DNA of 51,955 nucleotides from a virus (Duplodnaviria; Caudoviricetes). The stretch lies in IMG/VR virus record IMGVR_UViG_3300032218_002598, positions 1 through 51,955 of that record; one strand, 5' to 3'. Shown here piece by piece: positions 28,798 through 38,635 of this stretch. The notes beneath the pieces are model-generated. The model searched no databases, was not told the DNA's origin, and saw only the letters and a program-made list of their open reading frames with translations. The stretch's first letter is position 1; every line of letters begins with the position of its first letter. The position numbers were made by a program, and so were the translations under genes.

Positions 28798-30191
28798 TAT
28801 TTTTTATTAAACTTGATTAAAGGTGCATTAGGATCTATTCTTCCCTTTTTAGCTTCTTCTGCCTTGCTACTAACTTCTGCCTTAAATTTAGTCGGAGCAT
28901 TTTGTTTTGCCCATCTGTCGTTTGCAGCTTCTCTACTAATTACTTGTCTTTCTCCTTTACTATTCTGCCCAAGCCAATCTCCTGTAGCTGGATCTTGATA
29001 ATATACTTTTTCAGTTGTTGTGGTGCCATCTGCATTTTTAAATGCCAAATCTACAGGTTTAACACCAGCAGTTATTACTGCTAACCTTTGAGGGTCTGAT
29101 TTTCGAGCTATAATTACTCTCATTGGTCTATAAGTGTTCTCTCCAATTGGTTTAACATTCAAGTCTATCCCTTGTTCTTTTGCAACAGTATCTGCTATGT
29201 TTTCTATCGCAACAGGAGTTTTATCACTACCTGTTCCTTTTGATGCTCTTGGTACTCTAACAGCTAATCCTTTTTCTTCTGTTGGTTGTGAATATTTTAA
29301 TAAAAAATCAGCTGCTGCTGCTTCTTTAGCATTTTCAATAGGCTTCCCATAATATTTTTGGAAAATAGGATCTGCCTTTGATAGCCAATAAGGATCGTTA
29401 TCTTTTAATGAATTATATGTTTTTCTCCCTCTTTTATGAACCATGTCAATGGGCTTGTCTTGTATTTCAGCCATAACTCTATCTGCCCCATCTTTTAAAA
29501 CTTTATCACTAAATGCAAGAGTATTAAAATGTTGCCCACCAACTACTTTAGTGGCAACAGTTTGCCTTTTATTATCTCCAATACCAAAATCTAATAACTT
29601 ATCCCTTTCATTTTGGTCAAAGGTAGATACTGAATGGCTTATATCTCCCCAATTAAATTCTGTACCTCCTTTATCTGAATAGTTAGGGTCGTAAAAATTC
29701 TCTTTATAATGCCTTGGGTCATTTATTGGACGAGCTACTCTTGCTTGAGCTTCCATATCATCATCATTAGGATCATATGTTCCATCAAATTTAGCTTTCT
29801 GTAATTCATTGTCGAACTTAAGTTGGTTCTTTGATTGCTGTATTTTCCCAAGAATTTCTCTTTGCATACCTTCAAACTCCATCCTTGCTGCCCCTCCCTT
29901 ATTAATTTCGTTTTTATTTTTAATCCCGTATTCTTGCCAATTCTTTATATCATTAAGAATACCATCTCCCTTTTTAGCTATTACTTTACCATTAATAATA
30001 ACATCTTCTGGATTAACTAAATCTACATTTCTAGCACCTGTTTTAGTTATTTGTTTATTTAGATCATCATAATATTTAGTATATGCTTCGTCCTTTGCTT
30101 TTTTCTTAGCATCTAAAGCTTTTATATAGGGAGTTGGGTCAAATATTCCTTGACCTTCTGTATATATACCTCTTGGAAAAATAACTGCCAT
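28797..30191 (-). CDS. Internal virion (ejection) protein
   Basis: 464 aa; synteny between pilot-like and large ejection genes. Confidence 0.65.
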   Translation of the reverse strand: MAVIFPRGIYTEGQGIFDPTPYIKALDAKKKAKDEAYTKYYDDLNKQITKTGARNVDLVNPEDVIINGKVIAKKGDGILNDIKNWQEYGIKNKNEINKGGAARMEFEGMQREILGKIQQSKNQLKFDNELQKAKFDGTYDPNDDDMEAQARVARPINDPRHYKENFYDPNYSDKGGTEFNWGDISHSVSTFDQNERDKLLDFGIGDNKRQTVATKVVGGQHFNTLAFSDKVLKDGADRVMAEIQDKPIDMVHKRGRKTYNSLKDNDPYWLSKADPIFQKYYGKPIENAKEAAAADFLLKYSQPTEEKGLAVRVPRASKGTGSDKTPVAIENIADTVAKEQGIDLNVKPIGENTYRPMRVIIARKSDPQRLAVITAGVKPVDLAFKNADGTTTTEKVYYQDPATGDWLGQNSKGERQVISREAANDRWAKQNAPTKFKAEVSSKAEEAKKGRIDPNAPLIKFNKK

Positions 30192-30202
30192 ATTTTTATT
30201 TA

Positions 30203-30907
30203 TTATTGTGGTTGCCCATATACATCAAAAGTATATCCTCTACTTGGTGTTGTCATTGTTGTTGGGAATGCTCCAGGAGATGGAGTTGTTCCATACTGCC
30301 TATTATTATAATACGAAGGAGCTGGGGTTGTATTTTTAGGTAAAGGTGTTTTACCAGCCTTACCAGCTCCACCATCCCCCATATTAGTAGCTGCTGTAGA
30401 TAACCCTGAATACACATTTTGTAACCCTTGATTCATTAATTGAGCCTTTTGTGCCCACTTTTGCATTACTAAATTAGTTTTTGCATCTTCTATTCTTTGT
30501 CTTTCTCCTGCCAATGATCTGCTTGCATATCCAAGATTTTGCAAGTCCCTTGCAGACATATTTTCAGCTTGGCCAGCTGCATTTGCTAATTGAGTCATAC
30601 CTCTTTGGTTTATACTCCCAATAGCTCCTGCGTATCCACCTTTTAACCCACCAGCTTGTAAAGCTGTAGTTTGGGCAGCTATACCTCTATTGGCCTGATT
30701 AGCCATATTTTGATAATATGTACTTTGGTAAGGGTTTGCACTATATCTTGATAAGGCTTTGTTATAATAATCTAAAATGCCTGTATCCTCTTTCATCCCT
30801 TTAACTCTAGCCTCTGCTTCTTTTCTTGCTTTTGCAGCCTGTATAGCCCCAAAAGCTGATTGGGCTAAACCTGTACCTGCCGTTATTAATCCTAACGTTA
30901 ATGGCAT
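30203..30907 (-). CDS. Pilot/DNA-ejection protein
   Basis: Hydrophobic Gly/Ala N-terminus; Ala/Gln-rich helical body. Confidence 0.7.
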   Translation of the reverse strand: MPLTLGLITAGTGLAQSAFGAIQAAKARKEAEARVKGMKEDTGILDYYNKALSRYSANPYQSTYYQNMANQANRGIAAQTTALQAGGLKGGYAGAIGSINQRGMTQLANAAGQAENMSARDLQNLGYASRSLAGERQRIEDAKTNLVMQKWAQKAQLMNQGLQNVYSGLSTAATNMGDGGAGKAGKTPLPKNTTPAPSYYNNRQYGTTPSPGAFPTTMTTPSRGYTFDVYGQPQ

Positions 30908-31320
30908 ATATATACTAATTTAATTGCGTTTTCTATATTTGATTCACTTTTATTCATTCCACATTTTATTAACCAATTAACAGCCCTTTCATTTCTTTCC
31001 CACATATAACTTTCGAAGTTGCCGTTAAATTTACTTTTTATTATTTCAAAAACCTTCTCAAGTTTTTCTTTTTTTCTAAACATTTTATTAACTCCAAAAC
31101 TTACTAGAATGTTTTTATAATTAGCCCCATACCCTACCAATATATCATCAACCATTAAATCATAAAATTCACACTCCCCAGTCTTGTCATATTCCAAAAG
31201 TTTTTCATAAATACTCTGAACTAATTCTTTCGTACTTAACTCTTTATCTTTTGGGTCGCAATATCTTGATATATCTTCATCATCCTTAAACGCATACATT
31301 ATTTTAGAATAACTTATCAT
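30898..31320 (-). CDS. GNAT-like protein
   Basis: FGV...FRK and WERNERAVNWLIKCGM; position between nozzle and ejection genes as in podoviruses. Confidence 0.6.
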   Translation of the reverse strand: MISYSKIMYAFKDDEDISRYCDPKDKELSTKELVQSIYEKLLEYDKTGECEFYDLMVDDILVGYGANYKNILVSFGVNKMFRKKEKLEKVFEIIKSKFNGNFESYMWERNERAVNWLIKCGMNKSESNIENAIKLVYICH

Positions 31321-34300
31321 CTATTTGTTAAAGGTGAATCAATATATTTCAAAGATACTATATTTAATACCACTAAGGTAGAGGGAGATATTTTACGGAA
31401 TGTTGGTATAATATACTTTCCCTTCATCGTATCTCCTCCTAGTATTCCCCCTTGTGAATTTATATCTCTTAATATTGTGGCTTCGTAACTACCTTCCAAT
31501 TGGGCAAAGTCAGAATCTACTATATTAGTAGTTTGCTTTGTTGTGCCATAGCTATTAAGGTCAGTTTCCATATTGGGGATATCCCATAATGTACTGCTTA
31601 TTTCAGATACGGCTAAGAAGGTCTTTTTCTGATAGGGATTTTCATTAAAAACGGGCGTAATTGAACTATCTGCTGTCGGGGCACCATACCAAGTATTATA
31701 TGGGGCATTGTTATGTACATATACAATCCCATCTTTAAATGACATTAAAGTAGTACCTAGTGTTACCATCATTTCTGGGTATAATGTAAGGAATGTTTCA
31801 AAGTTCCCTATTTCTTGGTCATATACGATTGTAACTTCATTATTTGTTACACTTGGGCCTAGGGCTAATATATAGTTACCTAATCTTTGGTCAAAGGCCC
31901 CTATCATAGTTCTGCCATCAATATCTCCTACTTGAGCATTTGCCCAGCTATTTACCTTATTTGTTGCAGATATAAATTCCACACCATCTTGACTTGCCCT
32001 ACAAATAGCTCCCTTAATATTTGAAGTAAAGAAATCTGCATAGTTAAAGGAAGCCAAACTTTCAGGGTTATCCCCTATCCCTACATCCCCTTGATAATAT
32101 TGGACAGGATTTAGTAGCTTATCAGATATAACCAAGTTCTCGCTATCCAAGTTTTTAACCATCTGCTGATACAAGGGCACCATTCCCACCTTTAGCTTTT
32201 GGAACACCCTCATAAACCTATCCCTAATTTTAAACCTCATTATATCTCCATAAGTATAATCGTATTGGTCAAAATCATCAAAATAAAATCTATTAAGATT
32301 ATTAGTATTTGAATTAGGTTGGTATGGCTGCCCAAAACGTACTAGTGTTGAATAGTATGCTTCTTTTGCATTTTTATCAATAATATTTGGCCTGCCACTA
32401 ATACTATTTACTGCACTTATATAACTATCTGTTACGTTTCTATCAAGTGGGAAAAAAGATAATGAAGTTAGCAAATTGTACATACTATTATATTCAAAAT
32501 ACCTTTGCCTTAAATAAATGTCCCCCTTATAAAAATTAAATTCAGCTGGTATGCCTGCTGTAAAATCTTGAACTGTAACAGAACCAAGATGAGATCTATC
32601 TGGAGTTTCTGGATTTAATACATAATATTGTTCCCCAAATTCATAATATATTATTTCATTTTTGGGTTGATTTGTTCTATATAATTGAATCATATAGTAA
32701 TACGCAGGATTAAAAGCTCCTGGTATATTAAAAACACCTTTTCTATCTACTTTTATATATGTTTTGCCTGTTGTTTGTTGCCCATTTATAAAAGGATCAG
32801 TTACAATACCAATAACCTGCGTATCATATGTTTCTGGGAATAATGTAAATGGAGCTAAATCTATTCTTTTAATAATTCTAACTCTATCCCCATCTTGGAA
32901 CGACCAACTGCATACGGCAGCTGTTGTAGGAAATGTTTCCTGTTGTAATTTTAAAAATGATAAATCAAAAAAAATATAATGTGGATCTTGTATATCTGCC
33001 TGAACAAACCAATATAAAAACTGCGTACTTTCTTGAGTAAGATAAAATTGAAAACTATGAGCCCACAAGGGTGGTCTATGATATACTTTTGCATTAATAT
33101 AAGGCAACAATACTTGCCCTGCATTATTTTCAGAGTAAGAAGGCGTACTTATTGACTCATTCCATAATATCCCATTTGTCTTACCTTTCTTATCAAAGTA
33201 TGCTATCCCTATATTTCTTTCTGTATTAAATAAAAATGTAGCAAGTGGATTATCCTGTATAGTATCTCGTGGATATTTGATAACTTCTCTACTATGTATA
33301 TATCGATTATTTTTATAATAACCTATTATAAGTGTACCTCGAGAATTGTAGCCTGTGTTAAATAGATACACTGGGACCCCCCACCCTGTCAATTGACCTG
33401 TATTATATATATTTTGAGGTATAGTCGCAGTAGTATCTGTAAGAGTAGTTGTATAAGAAACTAGTAAAGTATCACTGTTCGCTGAAGGTTTTTTTACCCA
33501 TAATTCTATTGTTGTACCAGCAGGTGGCAATCCTGTAAAATAATATTTTGTAATTGGTCGCTCAGTAAGCCCATTCATAGTACCAGTATCAAAGGGTCTT
33601 ATAGACATACTACCCAATCCAGAATTGCCTGGTCCTGCTGGTATTTTTAAAACATCAACAATAACATTGGGCGATAATATTCTATCATACCCTTCTGTTA
33701 TCGCTCCATATACCAATACATTACCATTCGCTAATTCTTGAGCCTTTGCATATGTGGGAACATAATCATAAAGCTGAACGCTTTCGTTAATATCTACGTT
33801 TGGATATGTAGAATCATTGTAAAAGTAAAATGCTATGTCAAGATTATCTACGCCATCTAAATATTCTATTTGTACACTAGAAAATAACCCTGCCGTAAGT
33901 GGATCTACGGTTATGACTAATGAATTATTATCTACTATTGCTGGAAGTGTACAATTTAATAATAAATCATTTACAAGATCAGTAATTGACCACCCTGCTT
34001 GAATAACAGAACTAGTAACTATATAAGGAGACCCAGGCAAATAGTATATTGTTACTTTTGCCCCTGGGATAGGAGTTCCAAAAAAGTTTATTCTTGTAAC
34101 TTGTACGAATGGTGGCCCTACATCTATATTAGAATATACTGTATATTCTACTTGCTTATTTAATGTTTCAATTATCTGAAAGTCGGACCAATCGTTTGTC
34201 TTATTTACATAAGACATCATTAATTCAATTCTCTTAACATCCTTATCTCCTGTATTACATTGAAGATAAATATTGTTATTATTAGATACTGTATTATAAT

Positions 34301-35606
34301 ACTCAAAATTTAATAAATTAGTAGGTATTTGCATTGTGCTTATAGGGCTACATACACTTTTAGTCAAATCATCATAAATGTACCTATACTTAAACCTAAA
34401 AAATTTATCTCTTAAATTATTAGAAACTTTTGTAGTATCATTTTTATATTGCCAGCTTGGAGGTGCCAATGGAGGTCTTTTGCATACATCAATAATATCC
34501 CTTGTTACTGGAGTATATTCTCCCAATTTGAATAATGCTATATCAAGTCCAGTTGGCCGCCCAAGTGTATCTAGGAAATATAACAAATCTCCTTCGTCCC
34601 TATTATAAATATTAACCGATGTTATTTTCTTAGTTACATCAAAGTTTAAAATATCTACCCCTCCCGTATCTACTAAGTTTTCTAATATCTTAGTAACAAG
34701 TTCTGTTTGAATATTATATTCTAATATTTGATGGTACCCTTGATTATTATGAAGAAAATATATTATTGTATTTCTTATTGTATTTGGGTATGCTCCTATA
34801 CAAGTGTACCCTGCGTTAGCTCTCCCTAGTGTTATTGTATAATAACTCCATTGGTAAGCATTAAATGGGTTTGCTATATCGTCATTGTATTCAAAATAAA
34901 AATTAGGAGGAGGGCCTGCTGCCGAGCCATTTGATATTATACCTGAAGGTAATGATACTGTATCTACCCATAAAACAACATCATCAACTCCATCTACGCC
35001 TCCAAATAAACTACCATTAAAAGTTATAAAATCAGCCCCTGCAAATGGATTCCCTGCTTTATAATTAGTACCTCCATAAAGTATAACAGAACCTGAGTAT
35101 ATATTTGAATTAAAATATAATTCAAAAGAACTACCAAATCCTACCCCTGTTGTTGAGGATGGGCTAACCGTATAAACCCCATCGGCAATAGTCCCTGTAA
35201 AAGTCCAAAGGTTTGCAACACTTATACTACTTTGCATAGCTGTTGCCAGCTCATTGCAATAATCTGTAGCAGAAAAAGATTGCGTGCTTGTATAATCTAA
35301 TACTATCCGTGGCGTAAGTGAGGGAAGCTGATTTAACTCTATTAAAGTTCTAGTTCCTGCTGAAATAACATCTGGGGATTCTATAAATATTGTTGCATTT
35401 TGATAAGTAGTTTTTACAATAGTATAGCTTGTAGTAATTACTCCAGACGCCCTATTGCCTATTACGTTTGTGATAGACCTATCATTTGATCCTGCAACAG
35501 CATCCCTAGTGATGTTCTGAGCATCTATATAGCAGTTCTTAGGTAAGATATAATAAGAATCGTCTAAGTTTAGACCCCCGCTAAAATCTGCTTTTAAATC
35601 TATCAC
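31317..35606 (-). CDS. Tail stabilization/nozzle (muzzle) protein with inserted domains
   Basis: GTG start; F.GGLN.D...Y.DA.N, F.F.YRY.YDD...S..SP, IGIAYFD..G, GIG.NPES motifs typical of crAss-like P22 gp10-type proteins. Confidence 0.8.
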   Translation of the reverse strand: MIDLKADFSGGLNLDDSYYILPKNCYIDAQNITRDAVAGSNDRSITNVIGNRASGVITTSYTIVKTTYQNATIFIESPDVISAGTRTLIELNQLPSLTPRIVLDYTSTQSFSATDYCNELATAMQSSISVANLWTFTGTIADGVYTVSPSSTTGVGFGSSFELYFNSNIYSGSVILYGGTNYKAGNPFAGADFITFNGSLFGGVDGVDDVVLWVDTVSLPSGIISNGSAAGPPPNFYFEYNDDIANPFNAYQWSYYTITLGRANAGYTCIGAYPNTIRNTIIYFLHNNQGYHQILEYNIQTELVTKILENLVDTGGVDILNFDVTKKITSVNIYNRDEGDLLYFLDTLGRPTGLDIALFKLGEYTPVTRDIIDVCKRPPLAPPSWQYKNDTTKVSNNLRDKFFRFKYRYIYDDLTKSVCSPISTMQIPTNLLNFEYYNTVSNNNNIYLQCNTGDKDVKRIELMMSYVNKTNDWSDFQIIETLNKQVEYTVYSNIDVGPPFVQVTRINFFGTPIPGAKVTIYYLPGSPYIVTSSVIQAGWSITDLVNDLLLNCTLPAIVDNNSLVITVDPLTAGLFSSVQIEYLDGVDNLDIAFYFYNDSTYPNVDINESVQLYDYVPTYAKAQELANGNVLVYGAITEGYDRILSPNVIVDVLKIPAGPGNSGLGSMSIRPFDTGTMNGLTERPITKYYFTGLPPAGTTIELWVKKPSANSDTLLVSYTTTLTDTTATIPQNIYNTGQLTGWGVPVYLFNTGYNSRGTLIIGYYKNNRYIHSREVIKYPRDTIQDNPLATFLFNTERNIGIAYFDKKGKTNGILWNESISTPSYSENNAGQVLLPYINAKVYHRPPLWAHSFQFYLTQESTQFLYWFVQADIQDPHYIFFDLSFLKLQQETFPTTAAVCSWSFQDGDRVRIIKRIDLAPFTLFPETYDTQVIGIVTDPFINGQQTTGKTYIKVDRKGVFNIPGAFNPAYYYMIQLYRTNQPKNEIIYYEFGEQYYVLNPETPDRSHLGSVTVQDFTAGIPAEFNFYKGDIYLRQRYFEYNSMYNLLTSLSFFPLDRNVTDSYISAVNSISGRPNIIDKNAKEAYYSTLVRFGQPYQPNSNTNNLNRFYFDDFDQYDYTYGDIMRFKIRDRFMRVFQKLKVGMVPLYQQMVKNLDSENLVISDKLLNPVQYYQGDVGIGDNPESLASFNYADFFTSNIKGAICRASQDGVEFISATNKVNSWANAQVGDIDGRTMIGAFDQRLGNYILALGPSVTNNEVTIVYDQEIGNFETFLTLYPEMMVTLGTTLMSFKDGIVYVHNNAPYNTWYGAPTADSSITPVFNENPYQKKTFLAVSEISSTLWDIPNMETDLNSYGTTKQTTNIVDSDFAQLEGSYEATILRDINSQGGILGGDTMKGKYIIPTFRKISPSTLVVLNIVSLKYIDSPLTNR

Positions 35607-35626
35607 TTTCTTTTATTTATTTTAAA

Positions 35627-35752
35627 GAGTGCCGTTAATATAAGGGGAACTGTGTCTTATATATAATTCCCACTAAGAGATTAATACCTTATTGGCCACA
35701 CCCCAAAGGGCACGGCCACTTATGCACAACTCCCCTTTTATTAACCGCACTC
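35627..35752 (-). ncRNA. Putative 126-nt Y-shaped (three-way junction) structured RNA
   Basis: 26-bp closing stem, 11-bp and about 10-bp arms, seven G-U pairs that form only on the minus strand, AUAAG in all three junction linkers. Confidence 0.75.
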
Positions 35753-35755
35753 ATA

Positions 35756-36625
35756 TTATTTAAAAACTGGTCTATAATATCTACTATTAACCTGATTTAC
35801 CATATATACTTCTGTTGGATTAGTTGAACCATCTACAGAATGCAATATAGAGAAAATTGGGTCAGACATTGGTCCAAAAATCTTAGGGCATAACCCATTA
35901 GCTTTTGTTGCGTTTGGATTATCAATCCCAACAGCAAAGGCATAACTAGTAACTTTCGCAAATAAATTATCCTTTACCATCCTACGATTTGTCCCTGCTA
36001 AGTTTTGCAATAAAGTAGCATTCGAGCCATTTATCCTTGATGTTAAGCTATAATTAGCCCCTGAAAAAATATTGGTATCATGCTGAGTAACCGTATAAGC
36101 AGGAGCAGCCGTATTATCTAGTTCAGTCCAAAACATATATTCATTAAAGCCTGTCAAAGAAAATTTCTCATATGGCTTAATAGTGCCTGGTAATGCCCAT
36201 TCTGTAGTTCTTGTGTTTACAATAACACCATCTCTTAGAAATTGTTGCCCTGAAAAAAACTTCCATCCTGCCCATTTTGTTACAGAATCTATAGTTGTAG
36301 GATGCACATATCTTGCTTTTTTCTTTCTAGCAACCTGTAAAGATGTAAGAAGGTCTATAACTCTTGACCTTCTTTTACCCCTATATCTAAATAAAAACAA
36401 TTCTGGGTTCCCAACAGCAAAGTCATATCCTGAATCTGCAAAGTGAGCTGTAAGGCCTGTAGACTTATACCAAGACATTATTGGAGCTGGAGGTAAAACT
36501 AATTGGCTATCAATCATATCTACAAGAGTACCACCTACTCTAAGTGCTGTATTTTCGCCAGCAACAGTAGCATTTTTTACTAAATTTGCTTCTATTAAAA
36601 GTTGATCTGTAGGTATTATAGCCAT
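35756..36625 (-). CDS. Tail-fibre-anchor domain fused to a basic domain
   Basis: N-terminal VKNATVAGENTALRVGG..L.DMIDS; then LFRYRGKRRSR...ARKKKARYVHP..KWAGW. Confidence 0.75.
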   Translation of the reverse strand: MAIIPTDQLLIEANLVKNATVAGENTALRVGGTLVDMIDSQLVLPPAPIMSWYKSTGLTAHFADSGYDFAVGNPELFLFRYRGKRRSRVIDLLTSLQVARKKKARYVHPTTIDSVTKWAGWKFFSGQQFLRDGVIVNTRTTEWALPGTIKPYEKFSLTGFNEYMFWTELDNTAAPAYTVTQHDTNIFSGANYSLTSRINGSNATLLQNLAGTNRRMVKDNLFAKVTSYAFAVGIDNPNATKANGLCPKIFGPMSDPIFSILHSVDGSTNPTEVYMVNQVNSRYYRPVFK

Positions 36626-36633
36626 ATAATTAT

Positions 36634-36936
36634 TTATTCAAAAGTGTAATCGAATGTGTAATCGAATATTTTATTCAAAATGTTATCAATAGTACTAAAA
36701 ATATTGTGTTCATCAACGAAAAAATACTGAATATTGTCGTTAAAAAAACTTGCGTTTGTAGGAAGCAATTGAAATAACACTACATCCCCAATAGAATGTC
36801 CCATTGTTGCATTATTAACCTGCTGTATAACCCCATAAAAATGATTCCTATCAAGAGGAGGGGTATTATAGTTAGCATATCCCCCTGGGGACATAGTAAT
36901 TAGAACAATAGGATATTGTAGGTTAAGGTTTATCAT
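36634..36936 (-). CDS. Divergent GroES-fold protein with FDYTFDYTFE tail
   Basis: GVI..V......IGDVVLF...YFFVDE.NI resembles the GroES C-terminal half. Confidence 0.55.
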   Translation of the reverse strand: MINLNLQYPIVLITMSPGGYANYNTPPLDRNHFYGVIQQVNNATMGHSIGDVVLFQLLPTNASFFNDNIQYFFVDEHNIFSTIDNILNKIFDYTFDYTFE

Positions 36937-37706
36937 TATGCTTTAACTGTTAACCGAGTGTTTTCAAGGTTTAACTGATAAGCTACTTCAGTAGTAAACG
37001 GCTTATATCTTGCATAGGCAAGTCTACGTTCATTAAAGTATTCGTGTCTGCGGTCTCTTTTATCCCCTAGAGCACCCCTTCTTGAAGTAGGAATACTTCT
37101 TATGTCCTTCCAAGCTAAGTAGGCTATAACTGCCTCTCTGAATTGAATAGGGACAAATATGGTTTGGTCTTGGTCGGGAGCTTGTAAATACTCAAGGATA
37201 ATATAGGCATAAGGGAATGTCTCGCTAAGTAAGATAACTCCATTCTGAGAATCAACCTTAAAGCTCCCTACAAATGGCTGCCCACTAGGAACACCATATA
37301 AATTACCATAAGCAAATCCGTCCCAATAGTTAAAGTAAACATTTCCACCTCCTACGCTTGTATTTAGTAGGGTATTGTCTTGTGTACGATTTAACCTATC
37401 AGGGAACAAGTCTGCATATGTAGTCAGCTTGTTATTCTGATAAAGAGGTATTATTTCTCCTCTGCCATTAAGTACTCCTGCCTTTACTATTTGTAGGCAA
37501 TTGGCAGGGATATCTACTGTATAATTTGCGTTTACAGGGAGCTTCTGTGTTTGTATTTGATAAAAGAAGTCCAAGCCTAATTCATCACAAGCCCTATAGG
37601 CAAGTTGAGTTAGTTTGAACTGCTTTTGAATACCTTGCTCACTTTCATCCATATAAGCTGCAACGCATTCATTAACGTCTATATATTGCAAATGTGGGGT
37701 ACCCAT
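36936..37706 (-). CDS. Tail ring/tubular protein
   Basis: 256 aa; IILEY...P..F.EA..AY..WK; synteny upstream of nozzle. Confidence 0.65.
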   Translation of the reverse strand: MGTPHLQYIDVNECVAAYMDESEQGIQKQFKLTQLAYRACDELGLDFFYQIQTQKLPVNANYTVDIPANCLQIVKAGVLNGRGEIIPLYQNNKLTTYADLFPDRLNRTQDNTLLNTSVGGGNVYFNYWDGFAYGNLYGVPSGQPFVGSFKVDSQNGVILLSETFPYAYIILEYLQAPDQDQTIFVPIQFREAVIAYLAWKDIRSIPTSRRGALGDKRDRRHEYFNERRLAYARYKPFTTEVAYQLNLENTRLTVKA

Positions 37707-37712
37707 ATTTTA

Positions 37713-37985
37713 TTAATTTTCTTCTGTAGCTAATATAGCATTTTCGTCAATCAAATAATACTTATTTCCTTCAAATTCTAATTCTTGTCCTGCATTTTGT
37801 ATTCTGTATGCTATTGATCCTGGCTTTAATCTCATTGGCCTCTTGGGAGTCCCATCTCCTACAGCTATTATCTCTACCTTACATCCGTCTTTTCTTACAG
37901 ATTCAGGAACTATAATACCTCCATAAGACATAGCATCTTCCTTAAAGGCCTTGAATAACACATTGTTTCTAATTGGCTTTATCAT
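37713..37985 (-). CDS. groES: Co-chaperonin GroES-like protein
   Basis: IKPI.N.VL, GGIIVP, IAVGDG, LKPG, EG.KY.LI.E..ILA. Confidence 0.88.
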   Translation of the reverse strand: MIKPIRNNVLFKAFKEDAMSYGGIIVPESVRKDGCKVEIIAVGDGTPKRPMRLKPGSIAYRIQNAGQELEFEGNKYYLIDENAILATEEN

Positions 37986-37990
37986 TATTT

Positions 37991-38626
37991 TTAGTTTGAA
38001 ACTCCGTCATTTGTAATATCCTGTGGTACCTGCCTCATAGCCATTAATGCCTTTACAACATACTCCACGATAAGTGGAATAATATCTTCTGGTGCATTTA
38101 AAGTGCTATTAAGATCAGTTGTTGAATTGTTTCCTGCGCCTCCCCCACTTACTAAGGTTATATTCGCTGTGTATTGATTAAGCAATAAAGAAGATAGTAT
38201 AAATAGCTTATCTCCCTCATAGTAGTATAGGAACCTATTGGGGATTCTTTTCATAGTGAACTGATACCCCTTTTGGTTTATGCTTAGAGGGATTCCGTCA
38301 ATCCCCTCATTATTATCCTTTACTAGCCTTACATCTGCTACAGCATCATTTCTTCCTATTGCAAGAGGTACTGAAGGTAATTGAACCTTCCATAAAAGAT
38401 TTTGATCCTGTACTATAGGTATATTCTTATATGTAGAGTAAAAGCTATTGTTTATATAGCTTACCCCATCTATTTGTAGACTCTCTTTATATTGATTGTG
38501 TACTGCTAAAGCAAGTCCTTGGTTTATGTATTGATTAACCAAGTTGGGAGTAATAGTACTATCGTCCCTCGGCTGGTCCCCATATACCGCCCTAAGTATT
38601 TGCTCTATTAATTGATATCTTGTCAT
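37991..38626 (-). CDS. Tail ring/adaptor protein
   Basis: 211 aa, C-terminal QVPQDITNDG; crAss-like synteny. Confidence 0.65.
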   Translation of the reverse strand: MTRYQLIEQILRAVYGDQPRDDSTITPNLVNQYINQGLALAVHNQYKESLQIDGVSYINNSFYSTYKNIPIVQDQNLLWKVQLPSVPLAIGRNDAVADVRLVKDNNEGIDGIPLSINQKGYQFTMKRIPNRFLYYYEGDKLFILSSLLLNQYTANITLVSGGGAGNNSTTDLNSTLNAPEDIIPLIVEYVVKALMAMRQVPQDITNDGVSN

Positions 38627-38635
38627 TTATTTGTT

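Noticed and set aside
35627-35752. tRNA or simple terminator as explanation of the structured element
   Set aside because: Three-way rather than cloverleaf, no T-loop or CCA, and no adequate U tract
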